A stretch of 64,000 nt of DNA from Octopus bimaculoides (GCF_001194135.2 NC_068984.1:47984129-48048128); one strand, 5' to 3'. Shown: positions 12,803-26,300, numbered from the stretch's first letter. Numbers and translations are program-made. Notes: generated from the sequence alone by a model not told the origin.

Positions 12803-13078
12803 AAGATCTCCTTCGGTCATGAGTGACCACGGGATTGCACCTATAAAGTTGCCCTACAGGGCAAGGTTGTTGATGGAAGACCAGCAATCGCCCATGCATA
12901 CTAGCCCCACTTCTCCACTGGTGACGTCGCAACTCATTTCTACAGCTGAGTGAATTGGAGCAACGTGAAATATAGTGTCCTGCTCAAGAATATAACACAA
13001 AGACAGATTCGGGTTTCGAAATCACTACCTCAGGATTGTGAGACCGACGCTCTAAGCGCTGAGTCTTGCGCCTTCTCT
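12797..13078 (-). mobile_element. SINE family D (tRNA head plus CORE-like segment)
   Basis: Minus: ggcgcaagactcagcgcttagagcgtcggtctcacaatcctgaggtagtgatttcgaaacccg...ttcttgagcaggacactatatttcacgttgctcc..ttcactcagctgtagaaatgag; resembles the CORE motif ccttgggcaagtcact...ctgtaaaatg. Confidence 0.75.
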
Positions 13079-13244
13079 CTCACACATGCACACACCCACC
13101 CACCCACCTGCACACACATACACACACAATCGCGCGTGTATACATATAAGTATGTATGCATGAATGAATGAGTGAATGTGTTACCTTTGATCTTCGTTAC
13201 GTGAAAACTAAGTAGAGGACTTAACGATCTTGTAGAAATTTGAC

Positions 13245-13708
13245 GTCCTGTACCCATTGTTGGCATTCCGTCGCTTACGACGTTGAGCGTTCCAGTTGAT
13301 CCGATCAATGAAACAGCCTGCTCGTGAAATTAACGTGCAAATGGCTGAGCACTCCACAGACANNNNNNNNNNTCAATGAAACAGCCTGCTCGTGAAATTA
13401 ACGTGCAAATGGCTGAGCACTCCACAGACACGTGTACCCTTAACGTAGTTCTCAGGGATATACAGCGTGACACAGTGTGGCAAGGGTGGACCTTTGAATT
13501 ACAGGCACAACAGAAGCAGGAAGTAAGAGTGAGAGAAAGTTGTGGTGAAAGAGTACAGCAGGGTTCGTCACCATCCGCCTGCCGGAGCCTCGTGGAGCTT
13601 TAAGCGTTTTCGCTCAATAAATACTCACAACGCCCGGTCTGGGAATCGAAACTGCGATCCTATGACCGCGAGTCCGCTGCCCTAACTATTGGGTCATTGC
13701 ACCTCCAC
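13245..13708 (-). mobile_element. SINE family C, near full length
   Basis: Head (minus) ggtgcaatgacccaatagttagggcagcggactcgcggtcataggatcgcagtttcgattcccagaccgggcg; about 58 bp duplicated across the 10-N gap 13363-13372. Confidence 0.9.
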
Positions 13709-13843
13709 CTGTACCCATATATGGCTGTATATATACATATATATAGGCATGTATATGTATGTGTATATATGCATGTATATATATATTATTTATATCATTA
13801 TATGATCGAACGCCACGCATCCATTTCCAAGTACGTTTTATCT

Positions 13844-13883
<40 letters not shown>

Positions 13884-14700
13884 AGAAAGTTAGGGGTGGT
13901 GAATTCAACCCACTAAGGGATAATATGTATCCAATAAGTATGTACCTATGAAAATGTTTGTACGAAAACGTATATGTATATATATGTATATATGTATGTG
14001 TATGTGTGTATATATGTGTCCACCTCAAGTATACACAGTTCCATTGTCGCATAAAAAATTTTTTAGATATATTGTTTTTATAAATTGCAATATTATTCCT
14101 CTTATAACTTTCTTATAACTTCCTCATACCTCTGATTACATTTTATCTAATATGTATAATATGATGCATTTAATGATAAAAATAATTGATTCATTTGTGT
14201 GAATATATAGACATTTATGTATATACATTTAAACGTACGTATATGTATTTATGTATTTATATATTCATGTATACCTATGTATATGTACAAGTATGCATAT
14301 ATATGTGAGTTTTTATAGTTATAACTTAACCTTGTGTACCCTATAAAATCTCTGACGTGGCCTTAAGTAACATCCAAGTACCTCTATTTCATCTACTAAT
14401 TACTTCAGTCTACTGAAGTGATGAAGGTAGAATGGGGTGTTTTTAAACTAGATTGAAACAGCTGTAAGATATCCGAATTTGTATCACTATATGTTATATT
14501 TTTATAATTACTGATATTTTATATTTTATATTTTGCATTTTATATATTATTTTATTATATCATATATGTAGGGCATAATATGTCATACGTGTTTGTATAT
14601 TGTAATAATTGTTCCGTTAGTAAAGAAACAAATAATTTGACATAATATAATGTCAATAAGTTGATGAATACCACGTATTATTCTCATCCGTTTTCTTATT

Positions 14701-14742
<42 letters not shown>

Positions 14743-14973
14743 NNNNNNNNNNNNNNNNNNNNNNNNNNNNNNNNNNNNNNNNNNNNNNNNNNNNNNNNNN
14801 NNNNNNNNNNNNNNNNNNNNNNNNNNNNNNNNNNNNNNNNNNNNNNNNNNNNNNNNNNNNNNNNNNNNNNNNNNNNNNNNNNNNNNNNNNNNNNNNNNNN
14901 NNNNNNNNNNNNNNNNNNNNNNNNNNNNNNNNNNNNNNNNNNNNNNNNNNNNNNNNNNNNNNNNNNNNNNNNN

Positions 14974-15020
<47 letters not shown>

Positions 15021-15169
15021 AATATATATATACATAGAAACACAGAGAAACGCACTCACACACACGCATGAATATATAAAAGAAAGATTCACGACGATTT
15101 GTGTGTGCACGATGGAAATATTTATACATACATATACAATATAGCCCTTACTAACACATTCCTATTTCA

Positions 15170-15350
15170 CAGAGTCCTAAAGACTGCTGTATGAAATTAT
15201 ATAAAAAGACACTTGTTGACAACATCGTAATTCGAGAAAATTTAAAGATAACATCCAGACTTTATATCACCGAAGCCATCTTAATTAATTTTTACCCCTG
15301 TCCTTCACCGAACCTACGAACTATGGAAGAACAGTCTGAAAATAGCAACA
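15170..15350 (+). mobile_element. Possible PLE GIY-YIG C-terminal remnant
   Basis: LVDNIVIRENLKITSRLYITEAILINFYPCPSPNL resembles the PLE terminal pattern ...RL.I.EAI.I...P.LN. Confidence 0.35.
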
Positions 15351-15825
15351 TATATTCATTTAAAATGAACCAAATATAATGAGAAAATACGTTATTCCGA
15401 AGCTTTAATGGTAATGCATTCCCAAGCACATTCATAAAGCTGATATAAACTTGTCATTCAAATGAGTAGTACCTACAAGTTGAGTTCAAATCCTTTTCCT
15501 CTATGTTGCCAAATATGCGTTTGCCAATTTGTCGTGATAAATGGATCTATCTCATAAGAATGTCTTAACTGAGAGTTTATTTATAGAATTGCGTATTTAA
15601 TAGCATAGATAACTAGGTATGTATATATCTTAACAAACATGAACAGCAACATTTTATTTAACTTTTAAGAATCTCTCCTCTCCCACCGTCTCCCTTCCTC
15701 TCTTTTGTTCTTTCTTTCTCTTTCTCTTTCTTTCTCTTGTTCTCTCTGTATATACATATATAGGGGTGTGTGTGTGAATGTTTGCGTGTGTGTATATGTA
15801 TATATTGTATATATACATGAATTTT

Positions 15826-16195
<370 letters not shown>

Positions 16196-17049
16196 GATTC
16201 TTAGAAGTTCAATAGATTATTACCGTTCATGCTTTTCTAAAGGTAATTTTATTATATTTCAACTCCCATAATAATTACTATGTTCAATCTCTTAAAATTT
16301 TTCTGACTTGCACTCATAATCTCTGATACATTGCCACTTAGGTATAATTCAAACATGCATTATAGAAGATTGACGGAAATCATATATGGTAAACTAACGT
16401 AGTTCTACATTTGTTTGATAATGTGATTGATGAATGAAAGTCACTCCAATTTTTGGGACTTTAAACAGGTCATAGTTCTTTCTTCCCTGTGTAAGGTTCT
16501 GAAAGATAATGCAAAAAGGAATGTGAAATGGAAAGAAGCTGATCGTAACAAATGGCAAACACATGCGAGAAACTGACCGTAAGGTGAAATCTGATCACGT
16601 CATGCCAAATCTATGAACAGTCATAGTTGCGACGGCCGACTGCAGATGCATATATATAAACTTTGGCACATTGCAAGCAAAATATAATGGCGTCTAGGTA
16701 ATCCCTCAGGCTTACAAAATATATGAAAACGCATTATATCAATTCAGTAACCTTTCGCTAATTTATAATCACTTACACATATGCTTTTTCTTTGAAACTG
16801 ATTTAAGTTCTTAATGAAGTTTATGCCGGTCGTTAACAATGTGACAAGATATTTGAGTTAAGATAATTCCTGAGTCTGTAACCATATAGTTAAGTTAAAC
16901 TGAGCATATATGTAGGGGTATGCATCAGCACTTATGTTCTGTGTGTATGCCTCCGTAGTACTTTAGGTGTTTGTGTGTGTGCATCATTACTTTTTACATA
17001 TGACCGAATCTTTGCTTAGCTTATCGCACTGGACGTATTTTTCAATTCA

Positions 17050-17870
17050 AATATGTTTGGATCTCCTACTGCGGCCAGCAAACCTATTGTTTAGGGGAAG
17101 TCCGACGCCAAAATACTTCCAGTGCCTGAGAAAAGGAAAACTTGAGAATATTCTCAGTTGCTATTTGAGGACTCTGGGAAAGGGATTTCATCTTTAAAAG
17201 TATGACAAAGTCTTGAAGAACTTTTGGAGATCATAGTAAATACCGTCCACAATGGGATTAGCCATTGCAAACGCCTCAGCTCAACGAAGCATAGTCTCAG
17301 CTTTGTGAGAGCTGATATGAAGAAGTTGCCAACCAGCAGATATACCTTCCCGAAACTACTTGCAATAGCAAAATCGACCTGAAGTATCCAGAAACTGCCG
17401 AGTCAACATCAGTAATGTCAGGCAAAATCTTAATCTCAGTAACTTCGAAGCAGTTGGCTCTTTTAGAAATCCTCATTCCATGGGATGACTGCATTTAGAA
17501 GGCTAATGACAGCAGCTGAAGGAAATATGCTGTACTGTTGGGACCGTGACAAAGTCATGTATGGCAGGCAGGATGTGATTCCAATGAGGTATGAAACATT
17601 GTTTAGCAACCCAATTTTTCTGAGAGCTTAGATGCTGGGCATCCCACTGACCAGTAAGTAGAAGACCATGAATTAGGTTATAGAAGAAGCAGAGGTTTTC
17701 TCAGACTGGGTGTGGATGAGGAGACGTGAGCTATGAAAGTGCTAGTGTTACCAGGTGTAGGGCTCACTGGACACAAAGTGGGGCTTAGTCAAGCCTATCG
17801 AGGCAACCAGGGTGATGATATGTGATTGTTGTAAAACTCGAAACCACCAATATTCTCAGGAAACCTTACA
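17050..17870 (+). mobile_element. HERO-like (R2/NeSL group) RLE non-LTR retrotransposon, decayed 3' part
   Basis: KLENILSCYLRTLGKGFHL*KYDKVLK (cf. LEHILSCC.KALG.GRY.WRHDQVLK); SFVRA; KYPE..STSV...ILIS.TSKQLALLEILIPWDDCI*KAN (cf. LKFP...T.LRPD....KQV.LLELTVPWE.RIEEA). Confidence 0.75.
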
Positions 17871-18711
17871 GTTGATCAGTACAGGTATATCACAGGATGA
17901 TGCATGCAAAAAACTGGTACGAGATATTACATCGTCAATTCGGTCATCTCGTCATTATTAAGTTCGTCGCCAGCATACAAGTCAGAATCTCAACAGTTTG
18001 GTAATATTTATTCCCACTTAATATATAATATATATATCTTTAACCTCTCAGTATTAATACTGCCTCTCGGGATTAATACTGTCTTATCACCAGATTATTT
18101 AATTTCGTCGTCCTAGCTTTAGAAGTTATTGTCTGTTTTCTGATCACTACTAATTGCTCCAAGAAAAAAGTTAATTGCTTCATAACTCGAAGATAAGAGT
18201 ATTTATTTAGTTATTGATTTGAGTGGTTCTTCGTGTTTTTCTCACTGCTTTATTTCTAATTCAATAAATTAAAAGGTAACGTAAAAAAGCTGCTAAAGAT
18301 TAGAAAAAAATAATATTAAAGACACGAAAATCAAATATCTTGAATTCTTCCATGGTGATCAAAACCATACTGCGAAAATATATCTAGATAAAAAACAAAA
18401 CAACCAAAAGTAATCATACAAATATCAGCACTCACATTAGATATGTGATAAATAATATTTTGAACGAAAATTATCAACTTGAAGGATAATGTTCATAATC
18501 TGAAAATAAACTCTCAATGAATTCTTTAGTTTTTCCTTTTTTTGAAGTTACTGATAAATTTAACAAAATATTAAATAAATCAATTTGAGTTGTTGTCTAT
18601 TATTAACATAAACATGTAAAGTGTCTACGTATCAACTTACGTAGATTTACTTGTTTCCATGTGTTCAGTAAAATAAAAGAAAAGCACTGAAGGAAAATAT
18701 TCTTTTCTAAT

Positions 18712-18905
18712 CAAGCACAAGGACTGAAATGTTTGGGGTGGGGCTGCAGTCGATTAAATCGACCCCAGTACGCAACTAGTGCCTAATTTATCAGGCCCGA
18801 AAGGTAAATTCGACCTCGGATGAATTTGAACTCAGAACGTAAAGACACGAAACACCGCTAAACATTGCGTCCAGCGTGTTAATGTTTCCGCCAGCCCACT
18901 GCCTT
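18712..18905 (-). mobile_element. SINE family A
   Basis: gcacaagg.ctgaaatg.ttgggg...gtcgattaaatcgaccccagtacgcaact...ttcgacctcgg.tgaatttgaactcagaacgtaaagac...gccagcccactgcc. Confidence 0.88.
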
Positions 18906-20464
18906 ACAAAAGAATGAAAATTTTGCCACAATAAGGATGTTTATTTTTAAATCCATCTTATATTATAGTTTTCTTTTCTTTTCCTTTTCCGTTCTGCGTT
19001 CCAGTTTTCATTTCTTACTTCTCACTATCAAATAAAATATCAATAAATGTTGTATTCTTAACCGCAAACCATATCTACGACTATATAAAACAAAAGCTCG
19101 CGTGCGCACACAATAACAAAAACCCATACATATAGTCATATAAGCATATAAATCCTTGTATTATGCATCAGTTTATAATCTGTATAATCTAGTTGCAATG
19201 CAATTTGAATAATTGAAAGGAATTGACAGAATTGACCATGAAGGAATTAACCGGTGACCTATTAACCGGCATCAATAGATCACGACGAGGTAAGCCCGTA
19301 ATGAAAGAGCCAAACGTCTTATATAGACACCATTACCGAGATAATAAGAATGGAGTAGAACGATAAAGCCATCTATATAGAAGGCCAACCAATGTGTAGA
19401 ACAGGTACACTGTTAAGATACCTCAGCCCTTAGATTCCTAGAAATCAAATGCATACTCGTTCACACCATAAAAAAAAGTTGGTGCATATGATAAACGCGA
19501 GTGGCCGTATTTTAGATCGTTGGATCAAAAACAAAAAGAAAAACAAACCAATTTTCGGAAAGTAGTGATCAACTATGAAGTTCGTTTTGTATGTATATAT
19601 GTATGTCTATATATTCTATATGCATGTATATNNNNNNNNNNNNNNNNNNNNNNNNNNNNNNNNNNNNNNNNNNNNNNNNNNNNNNNNNNNNNNNNNNNNN
19701 NNNNNNNNNNNNNNNNNNNNNNNNNNNNNNNNNNNNNNNNNNNNNNNNNNNNNNNNNNNNNNNNNNNNNNNNNNNNNNNNNNNNNNNNNNNNNNNNNNNN
19801 NNNNNNNNNNNNNNNNNNNNNNNNNNNNNNNNNNNNNNNNNNNNNNNNNNNNNNNNNNNNNNNNNNNNNNNNNNNNNNNNNNNNNNNNNNNNNNNNNNNN
19901 NNNNNNNNNNNNNNNNNNNNNNNNNNNNNNNNNNNNNNNNNNNNNNNNNNNNNNNNNNNNNNNNNNNNNNNNNNNNNNNNNNNNNNNNNNNNNNNNNNNN
20001 NNNNNNNNNNNNNNNNNNNNNNNNNNATATATATATATATATATATATAAGCATACACACATATATCTATACATAGGTACATAGATTCATGCATGCATAA
20101 TTATTTTTGGCCACATAAAATGGTTACCCACATACTTAGGTACGATTCATACGTCAACTTTCTTGTGTTTCTTTCTCTTTTTACCTGTTTTGACTTTCTA
20201 TCTCCTTCAATCTGTCTTCTCTACGCTACGGTTACTGTAATTACCTCCACTTACCTGATTTAATAAACTAACCACTAAGATTGTCAATTTCTAATCGATT
20301 CACCTGTTGGGTAAAATTTTTTTCCATCAATCCACTCACCCAGACGAACAAATTTCCTAAGATTTCTCCAGAATTTTTTTCCAATGGAAATTTAAGAACC
20401 GTGCGAAATTGTTCAGTCTGAGAGCATTATGGATACTATTGCCATGAAATATATTGGATTCAAA

Positions 20465-20810
20465 TCTTGGTACAAAGGGAATGGGTAAGTCGAATACATC
20501 GAATTCAGTGCTCAACTGGTACTTATTTTATCGACACACAAGATGAACGGCAAGGTCGGTCTCGGCGGCATTTAAACTCAGAACGTAATGTCGGAAAGAA
20601 TATTCCTAAACATTTTATCCGACTCGCAATCACTGTTCGCCGCTTTACTGCTATGAAATATATTGATTTAAAATTTTGGCACAAACCAATAATTTTGGGG
20701 GAAGGGAGAAGTCACCAACTCCGAAATGCAAAGTCAACCTCAGTAGAATTTGAACTCAGAATGTGAATGCCTTAAACCTAACCAAAATCTTCACCTTAAC
20801 GCTGCCTTGC
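20465..20810 (-). mobile_element. Two adjacent SINE family A pieces
   Basis: 20465-20650 (catcgaattcagtgctcaactggtacttattttatcgac...tttaaactcagaacgtaatg) and 20670-20810 (ggcacaaacc..aattttggggg...aaagtcaacctcagtagaatttgaactcagaatgt). Confidence 0.75.
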
Positions 20811-20994
20811 TACTATGAAATATATTAACATATAAATAATGCTGGAATATATTTCTGCTATTCATTGTACAACTGCAACTAAATATTATAATTGACAGTT
20901 CATTTATTAATTTACCTATACTAAATTTTTTTTTCATATTTCTTTTGCCACACTGACTCCAAAATTTTCAAAAATTAAATAGCTTAAAATACGC

Positions 20995-21110
<116 letters not shown>

Positions 21111-21419
21111 CAGATCTACTCACTTAGGTATACATTCTAGGAGACATAAAATACTTAAATTTGTGTACAAATTCATTATATTTTGTGTGATATTTATGTT
21201 TGTGTATATAACATAAGAAATATATCAGAACACTTATTAAAATATTAAAGTGATAGCGATCGCAGACTTTAATTTTGTTTAGAAAGTTATAAACAGCATT
21301 AGCCTGATGTCATAGAATATACTCAGCATTCGCGTTTGAACATACAAATGACAGAAAAGAGAATATAAGAACAAACACATTTCATACATAAAAGTTTATA
21401 TACATACTTATATATTTTT

Positions 21420-21680
21420 TCTCTTTATTAGTTTCTACTCGAGAGCTGCAGCCATGCTGGGGCACCGCTGTTAGCTTTGCTATACATTCACCACTTGAAA
21501 TTTTATGTGACATGTGGCGTTTGGTGAATGACAGAGTAATGTTGCTGCCCCCATCCTGTCTCAAGGTACGTTCATCCAGAACACTTGACAAAAGGAGATC
21601 CAATTTTGTTTTGAGAACAATTACATCCACGACATGTAGGCCTCTCAGACTTTTTGTGAGGGTACTGTATGACGAAAACA
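21420..21680 (-). mobile_element. CR1/L2-group LINE 3' end and tail
   Basis: LPxSLRGLH.VD-like C-terminus (TKSLRGLHVVDVIVLKTKLDLLLSSVLDERT), then tail cagcggtgccccagcatggctgcagct...gaaactaataaagag shared with SINE B. Confidence 0.7.
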
Positions 21681-21729
21681 TATATACTAGTAGAGAAACA
21701 AACTCGGAAAAAGCGGAACACCGAGCTGG

Positions 21730-21779
21730 CTTAACCGATGATAGCTACGGTAATTGCCCAAACTGACGTCAGTTTTAAG
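21730..21779 (+). ncRNA. Degenerate type-I hammerhead ribozyme
   Basis: Helix I CTTAA(21730-34)/TTAAG(21775-79) perfect; core CCGATGA (U4>C); helix II AGCTA/TTGCC (3 of 5); CAA instead of GAA (G12>C); 12-nt palindromic helix III ACTGACGTCAGT(21762-73); U17. Confidence 0.6.
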
Positions 21780-21939
21780 AATACTCGGTCGTTATTTTCG
21801 GATAGTTATGGTCCCTGTTAGTGTTTTCATTCATGTCCGTTAACTTATGAATTAGAGCATTTTAGCTCTTATTTCTAGCACTATATGTATTTTTTAAAAC
21901 CCTTCTCCCACGTAGTGACAATTTTTGATGAAACATTGC

Positions 21940-22428
21940 AACCTACTATCTATATAAAGTAAGAGACAACCTAAACACTTGAGAAAGCTATTAACAAAGG
22001 CAAGGTTTGACCTCAGCAACAAAAATTAAACATTCACTGTGTCCAAATGCAATGATAGCCGATGCGGTACATGCCGATCAATCCATACCGGCCCATATAT
22101 GAACACAAAAACAGTGGAAATATTCACCAATGCGAACATGAACTGCAAAAGTAGAAATCTAATCTACTGTATCAAATGCCCTAATTGTGAAGAACTGTAC
22201 GTTGGCCAGACAAGTAATACACTATCGGAACGCTCACGTGTGCATCGGCAACAGATTAAAAACCCCGAGGTCCGCCAAATACCACTGAGTAACCATCTGG
22301 CAACACGTGGTCGTGAAACTTTAATAATATTTCCGTTCCATAAACTTTACAACCTGAGTGAAACTGAGAGAAAACGCAAAGAAAAGGACTTTATTAAGAA
22401 ATTCAAATCCACTCTTAACAAACAATGA
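21940..22428 (+). mobile_element. PLE linker plus GIY-YIG endonuclease (Neptune-like Cys linker), 5'-truncated
   Basis: IKSKRQPKHLRKLLTKARF...SKCNDSRCGTC...CKSRNLIYCIKCPNCEELYVGQTSNTLSERSRVHRQQI...LSNH...ERKRKEKDFIKKFKSTLN*. Confidence 0.88.
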
Positions 22429-22611
22429 TTAAATTTATCTTACTTTGGGTTTAAAAATCTTATCCCTATAACTAAAACACGAAAAATCTCTCAAATGTCA
22501 TCATTTCTAAAAATAAACTTGGCATCATTTCTAAAAATAGCCAAACACCTACTGATGCTGTCCAAAGGAATAGGTATAAAACACAAAAGAACAGCCAGTC
22601 TGTTACAGTAC

Positions 22612-23265
22612 ATCTGTGAGAATTGGTCCCTAAAGCAGTGGAAGAATGTTATTTTCTTGGACGCGTCATCTTTTCCTTATTTCCAACCACCGGAAGAATA
22701 TACTTGTGGAGACGGCCAAAGGAAGCATTTGACCAGAACTGCTTTCTCCCAACTGTTAAATATAGTGGAGAATCCGTGATGATCTGGTGGGCTATATCTT
22801 GGAAATCCGCCGACCTAATGGTTACCTTTCATGGCAGAATTAATAGTCAAATTCATCCTATGGTTGCGATACTGTTTCTGGAGAGAAACGCAACCTTTCA
22901 GGATGATAATGCCCCAATTGACACAGTTAAAGTTCTTACTGAATGGCACGGAGAAGATTCTAATGAAGTTGAACATCTTAACTGGCCATCACAGTCCCCA
23001 GATCTCAATATTATTCAAAATTTATGGTGCATTTTAGAAAAACAAGTAAGCAGTCAAAATCTTCCACCATAATTACTACAAGAACTGGAGACAGTTTTAG
23101 CCGAAGAATGGACAAAATTCCTTTGGAAACAATTTAAACTTTGTACGAATCCATACCTCGTAGAATTCAAGCTTTAATTACTGCCAAAAGCGGTTCTAAC
23201 CCATACTGAAGTAAATTTGTTTGAAATTATAAGTTGTTTCCATTATTTTGTCCAACCCCTGCATA
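22612..23265 (+). mobile_element. Tc1-family transposase, 5'-truncated and frameshifted
   Basis: NWSLKQWKNVIFLDASSF; PTVKYSGESVMIWWAISW; FQDDNAPIDT; WPSQSPDLNIIQNLWCILEKQV (DD34E-type); 3' end ttttgtccaacccctg-cata matches a Tc1 TIR (CAGGGGTTGGACAAAA). Confidence 0.92.
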
Positions 23266-23649
23266 TATATATATNNNNNNNNNNNNNNNNNNNNNNNNNN
23301 NNNNNNNNNNNNNNNNNNNNNNNNNNNNNNNNNNNNNNNNNNNNNNNNNNNNNNNNNNNNNNNNNNNNNNNNNNNNNNNNNNNNNNNNNNNNNNNNNNNN
23401 NNNNNNNNNNNNNNNNNNNNNNNNNNNNNNNNNNNNNNNNNNNNNNNNNNNNNNNNNNNNNNNNNNNNNNNNNNNNNNNNNNNNNNNNNNNNNNNNNNNN
23501 NNNNNNNNNNNNNNNNNNNNNNNNNNNNNNNNNNNNNNNNNNNNNNNNNNNNNNNNNNNNNNNNNNNNNNNNNNNNNNATTGTATTTTGAGAAATAACCG
23601 GTTTCGTGTTGTCTTTTCAAATTTCTCTACTTCATTGTGTCGTGTTCAT

Positions 23650-23972
23650 ACTCTTTTACTTGTTTCAGTCTTTTGACTGTGGCCATGCTGGAGCACCGCC
23701 TTTAGTCGAGCAAATCGACCCCAGGACTTATTCTTTGGAAGCCTAGTACTTATTCTTTCGGTCTCTTTTGCCGAACCGCTAAGTTACAGGGACATAAACA
23801 CACCAGCATCGGTTGTCACGCGATGTTGGGGGGGACAAACACAGACATACAAACACATACACACATACATATATACATACATATATACGACAGGCTCCTT
23901 TCAGTTTCCGTCTACCAAATCCACTCACAAGGCAATGGTCGGTCCGAGGCTATAGTAGAAGCCACTTGCCCA
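23650..23972 (-). mobile_element. SINE family B, nearly full length
   Basis: Tail ctcttttacttgtttcagtc.tttgactgtggccatgctggagcaccgcc; internal microsatellite; tttcagtttccgtctaccaaatccactcacaaggc..tggtcgg.ccgaggctatagtagaag.cacttgccc. Confidence 0.92.
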
Positions 23973-24272
23973 TCGTTTTCTCTTTATCAATTCAGAATAT
24001 ATAACAAAAGATTAGAAATAGTTATAAGATCAAGTAACTTCACTTTAAATTGAAGAAATAGACTTTTCTTGGTATATTGTTGTGTTTCTGCACGATCGAC
24101 TTTTCAATTCAATTTATTTAAGAGAAATTTAATCTTCACAACTTCTGGTCATACGTACGTGATTCAGTTTCGTGTCTGCCAGTCGATTTAGCCAGACAGT
24201 TAACCATAAGCTAATCCTCATCCTTTCCTCACTCATACGCACCTCCACAATGTATACATATATATGTATGTT

Positions 24273-24324
<52 letters not shown>

Positions 24325-24342
24325 NNNNNNNNNNNNNNNNNN

Positions 24343-24386
<44 letters not shown>

Positions 24387-24811
24387 AGACATGCGTATGT
24401 AAATATATATATAAATATACATACGTATATATATGTGTGTGTCTGTGTGTTAATGTGCGTGTGTGTGTGTGTTACAAGGAAAGAGCTGATATGTATATGG
24501 AAAAAGAGACAATAAATAAAATGCTAAAATCATGAAGAACATTCTAGTACCTGTTTCAGTCTGCGACTTTTACAGAAAAAAAGAAAAAAACATTAAATTG
24601 CGGAAAAATGAAATGAAATGTTGTTTATGAAATATTTCCATAGTTTTCAAATACAAGGGACATTTTCCATTTTTCTATCTTTCTTTCTTTCTTTCTCCTT
24701 TTTACTTTTGTGTAGGCTTGCTAGTAGGTAGCAGCAGTCCTGAAAGAATATTTGATACGAGTTCATAGTTTTGATTGTTTAAGCACCAGTAGCCGAGGAA
24801 GGAGGCAGCGA

Positions 24812-24925
24812 GAAAGAAGAAGAAGAAGAAGAAGAAGAAGAAGAAGAAGAAGAAGAAGAAGAAGAAGAAGAAGAAGAAGAAGAAGATGATGATGATGATG
24901 AAGAAGAGGAAGAAGATGAAGAAGA
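24812..24925. repeat. (GAA)n-(GAT)n microsatellite
   Basis: Direct reading. Confidence 0.95.
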
Positions 24926-25599
24926 AGGTGGGAGTAGGAAAAGAAGAGAAAAAATAAGAATAATACGGGAGTGGTATGACAGTGGTAAGATATTGGTGGA
25001 ATTCTCTTAAATGGCCAAGTGTCCTAAAAGTGACCTGTTGTGGTTGTAATATTAGCGTTAGAATTGTTCTGAATTGATTAATGGGTAGTGACTGTTCTGA
25101 ATATATCGTTTTTCATATATATATGATGAAAGTAAGAAGCGTTGAGATGTATTGAAACATACAGAAATAAGTTTGATTTTATTCTCAAACGCGTGCTAAT
25201 GCTAATAAAATAAGAGTGAACAGGATAAATTATCCATACATTACAGAAAAATACATTACCACCCAGTCATGAAACTCGAACTTACTTCCTTCTGATCAGG
25301 CGTCAAGTGCTTTACCATTAAGCTAAACTGTCCAATAACGAACTCTTCTGCAATTTTAGAACTTATAAATTTAGCTTCATAGGACTACCAGTCTGACAAG
25401 TGTACATCAATCACATGCATCACAACCATATGTGCGCGACATATGATTTTAAATATTACAATTACCAGCACTATTACTATTAGTATTCTTATAATAATTA
25501 ACGCTATTACTATGATTAAGTGTAGAGTAAACTTTCTTTCCGCTGGCCAGTGGACAGTGTCTTTTATTCCTGCACTATTAATTGATATTATTTTCTATT

Positions 25600-25960
25600 C
25601 TAGGCACAAGTCACGAATTTTTGGGGGAGGTGGCCAGTCGATTAGATCGACCTAAGTACCCAACTGGTACTTAATGCAATCGATCCCGAAAGAATGAAAG
25701 GCAAAGTCGACCTCGTCCGAATTTGAACTCAGAACGTAAAGACAAACGAAATACCGCTAAGCATCTCGGCCGGCGTGCTAACGTTTCTGTCATCTCATTT
25801 CATTAATTATCTTCTACTCTAGGCACAAGGCCCGAATTTTTGGGAGAGGGGGCCAGTCGATTAGATCGACCCCAGTATATAATCCGAAAGGATGAACGGC
25901 AATATCGACCTCGGTTGAATTTGAACTCAGAACGTAATGACAGACGAAATACCCACTATT
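25600..25960 (-). mobile_element. Two tandem SINE family A copies
   Basis: 25600-25795 with head; 25815-25960 headless with internal deletion; both start tctaggcacaag..cgaattttt.ggg..gg.ggccagtcgattagatcgacc. Confidence 0.9.
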
Positions 25961-26085
25961 GATTGATATCATTATAATTTTTGCTAACATATTTGTTATC
26001 GTTATAAGAACTGTCATCTTCATTATCAACAGCATTTCTGTTACTATCCCCACCACACATATGTACCTATATATGTATGTATATA

Positions 26086-26121
<36 letters not shown>

Positions 26122-26162
26122 TTTGCGTTTAAGATTCACTCAATATTTTTTTTAGTAAAGTA

Positions 26163-26300
26163 TTGGGCGGCGAACTGGTAGAGTCGTTAGCACGTCGGAC
26201 AAAATGTTTAGTGGCATATCCTCCTTCTAAGTTCAGTTTTCACCACGGTCGACTTTGCCTAATCCTTTCGTGTTTCGTAAAATCGCAAGTCATTAAGAAT
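26163..26300 (+). mobile_element. SINE family A head
   Basis: ggcggcgaactggtagagtcgttagcacgtcggacaaaatgtttagtggcat...cacggtcgactttgcct.atcctttcg. Confidence 0.8.

Noticed and set aside
13305-13430. Apparent 58-bp duplication inside SINE C
   Set aside because: Straddles a 10-N gap and is absent from the copy at 8856-9205; assembly artefact.
19270-19325. Hammerhead-like CACGACGAGG...CCAAACGTC
   Set aside because: Both core segments altered and helices I and II not convincingly paired.
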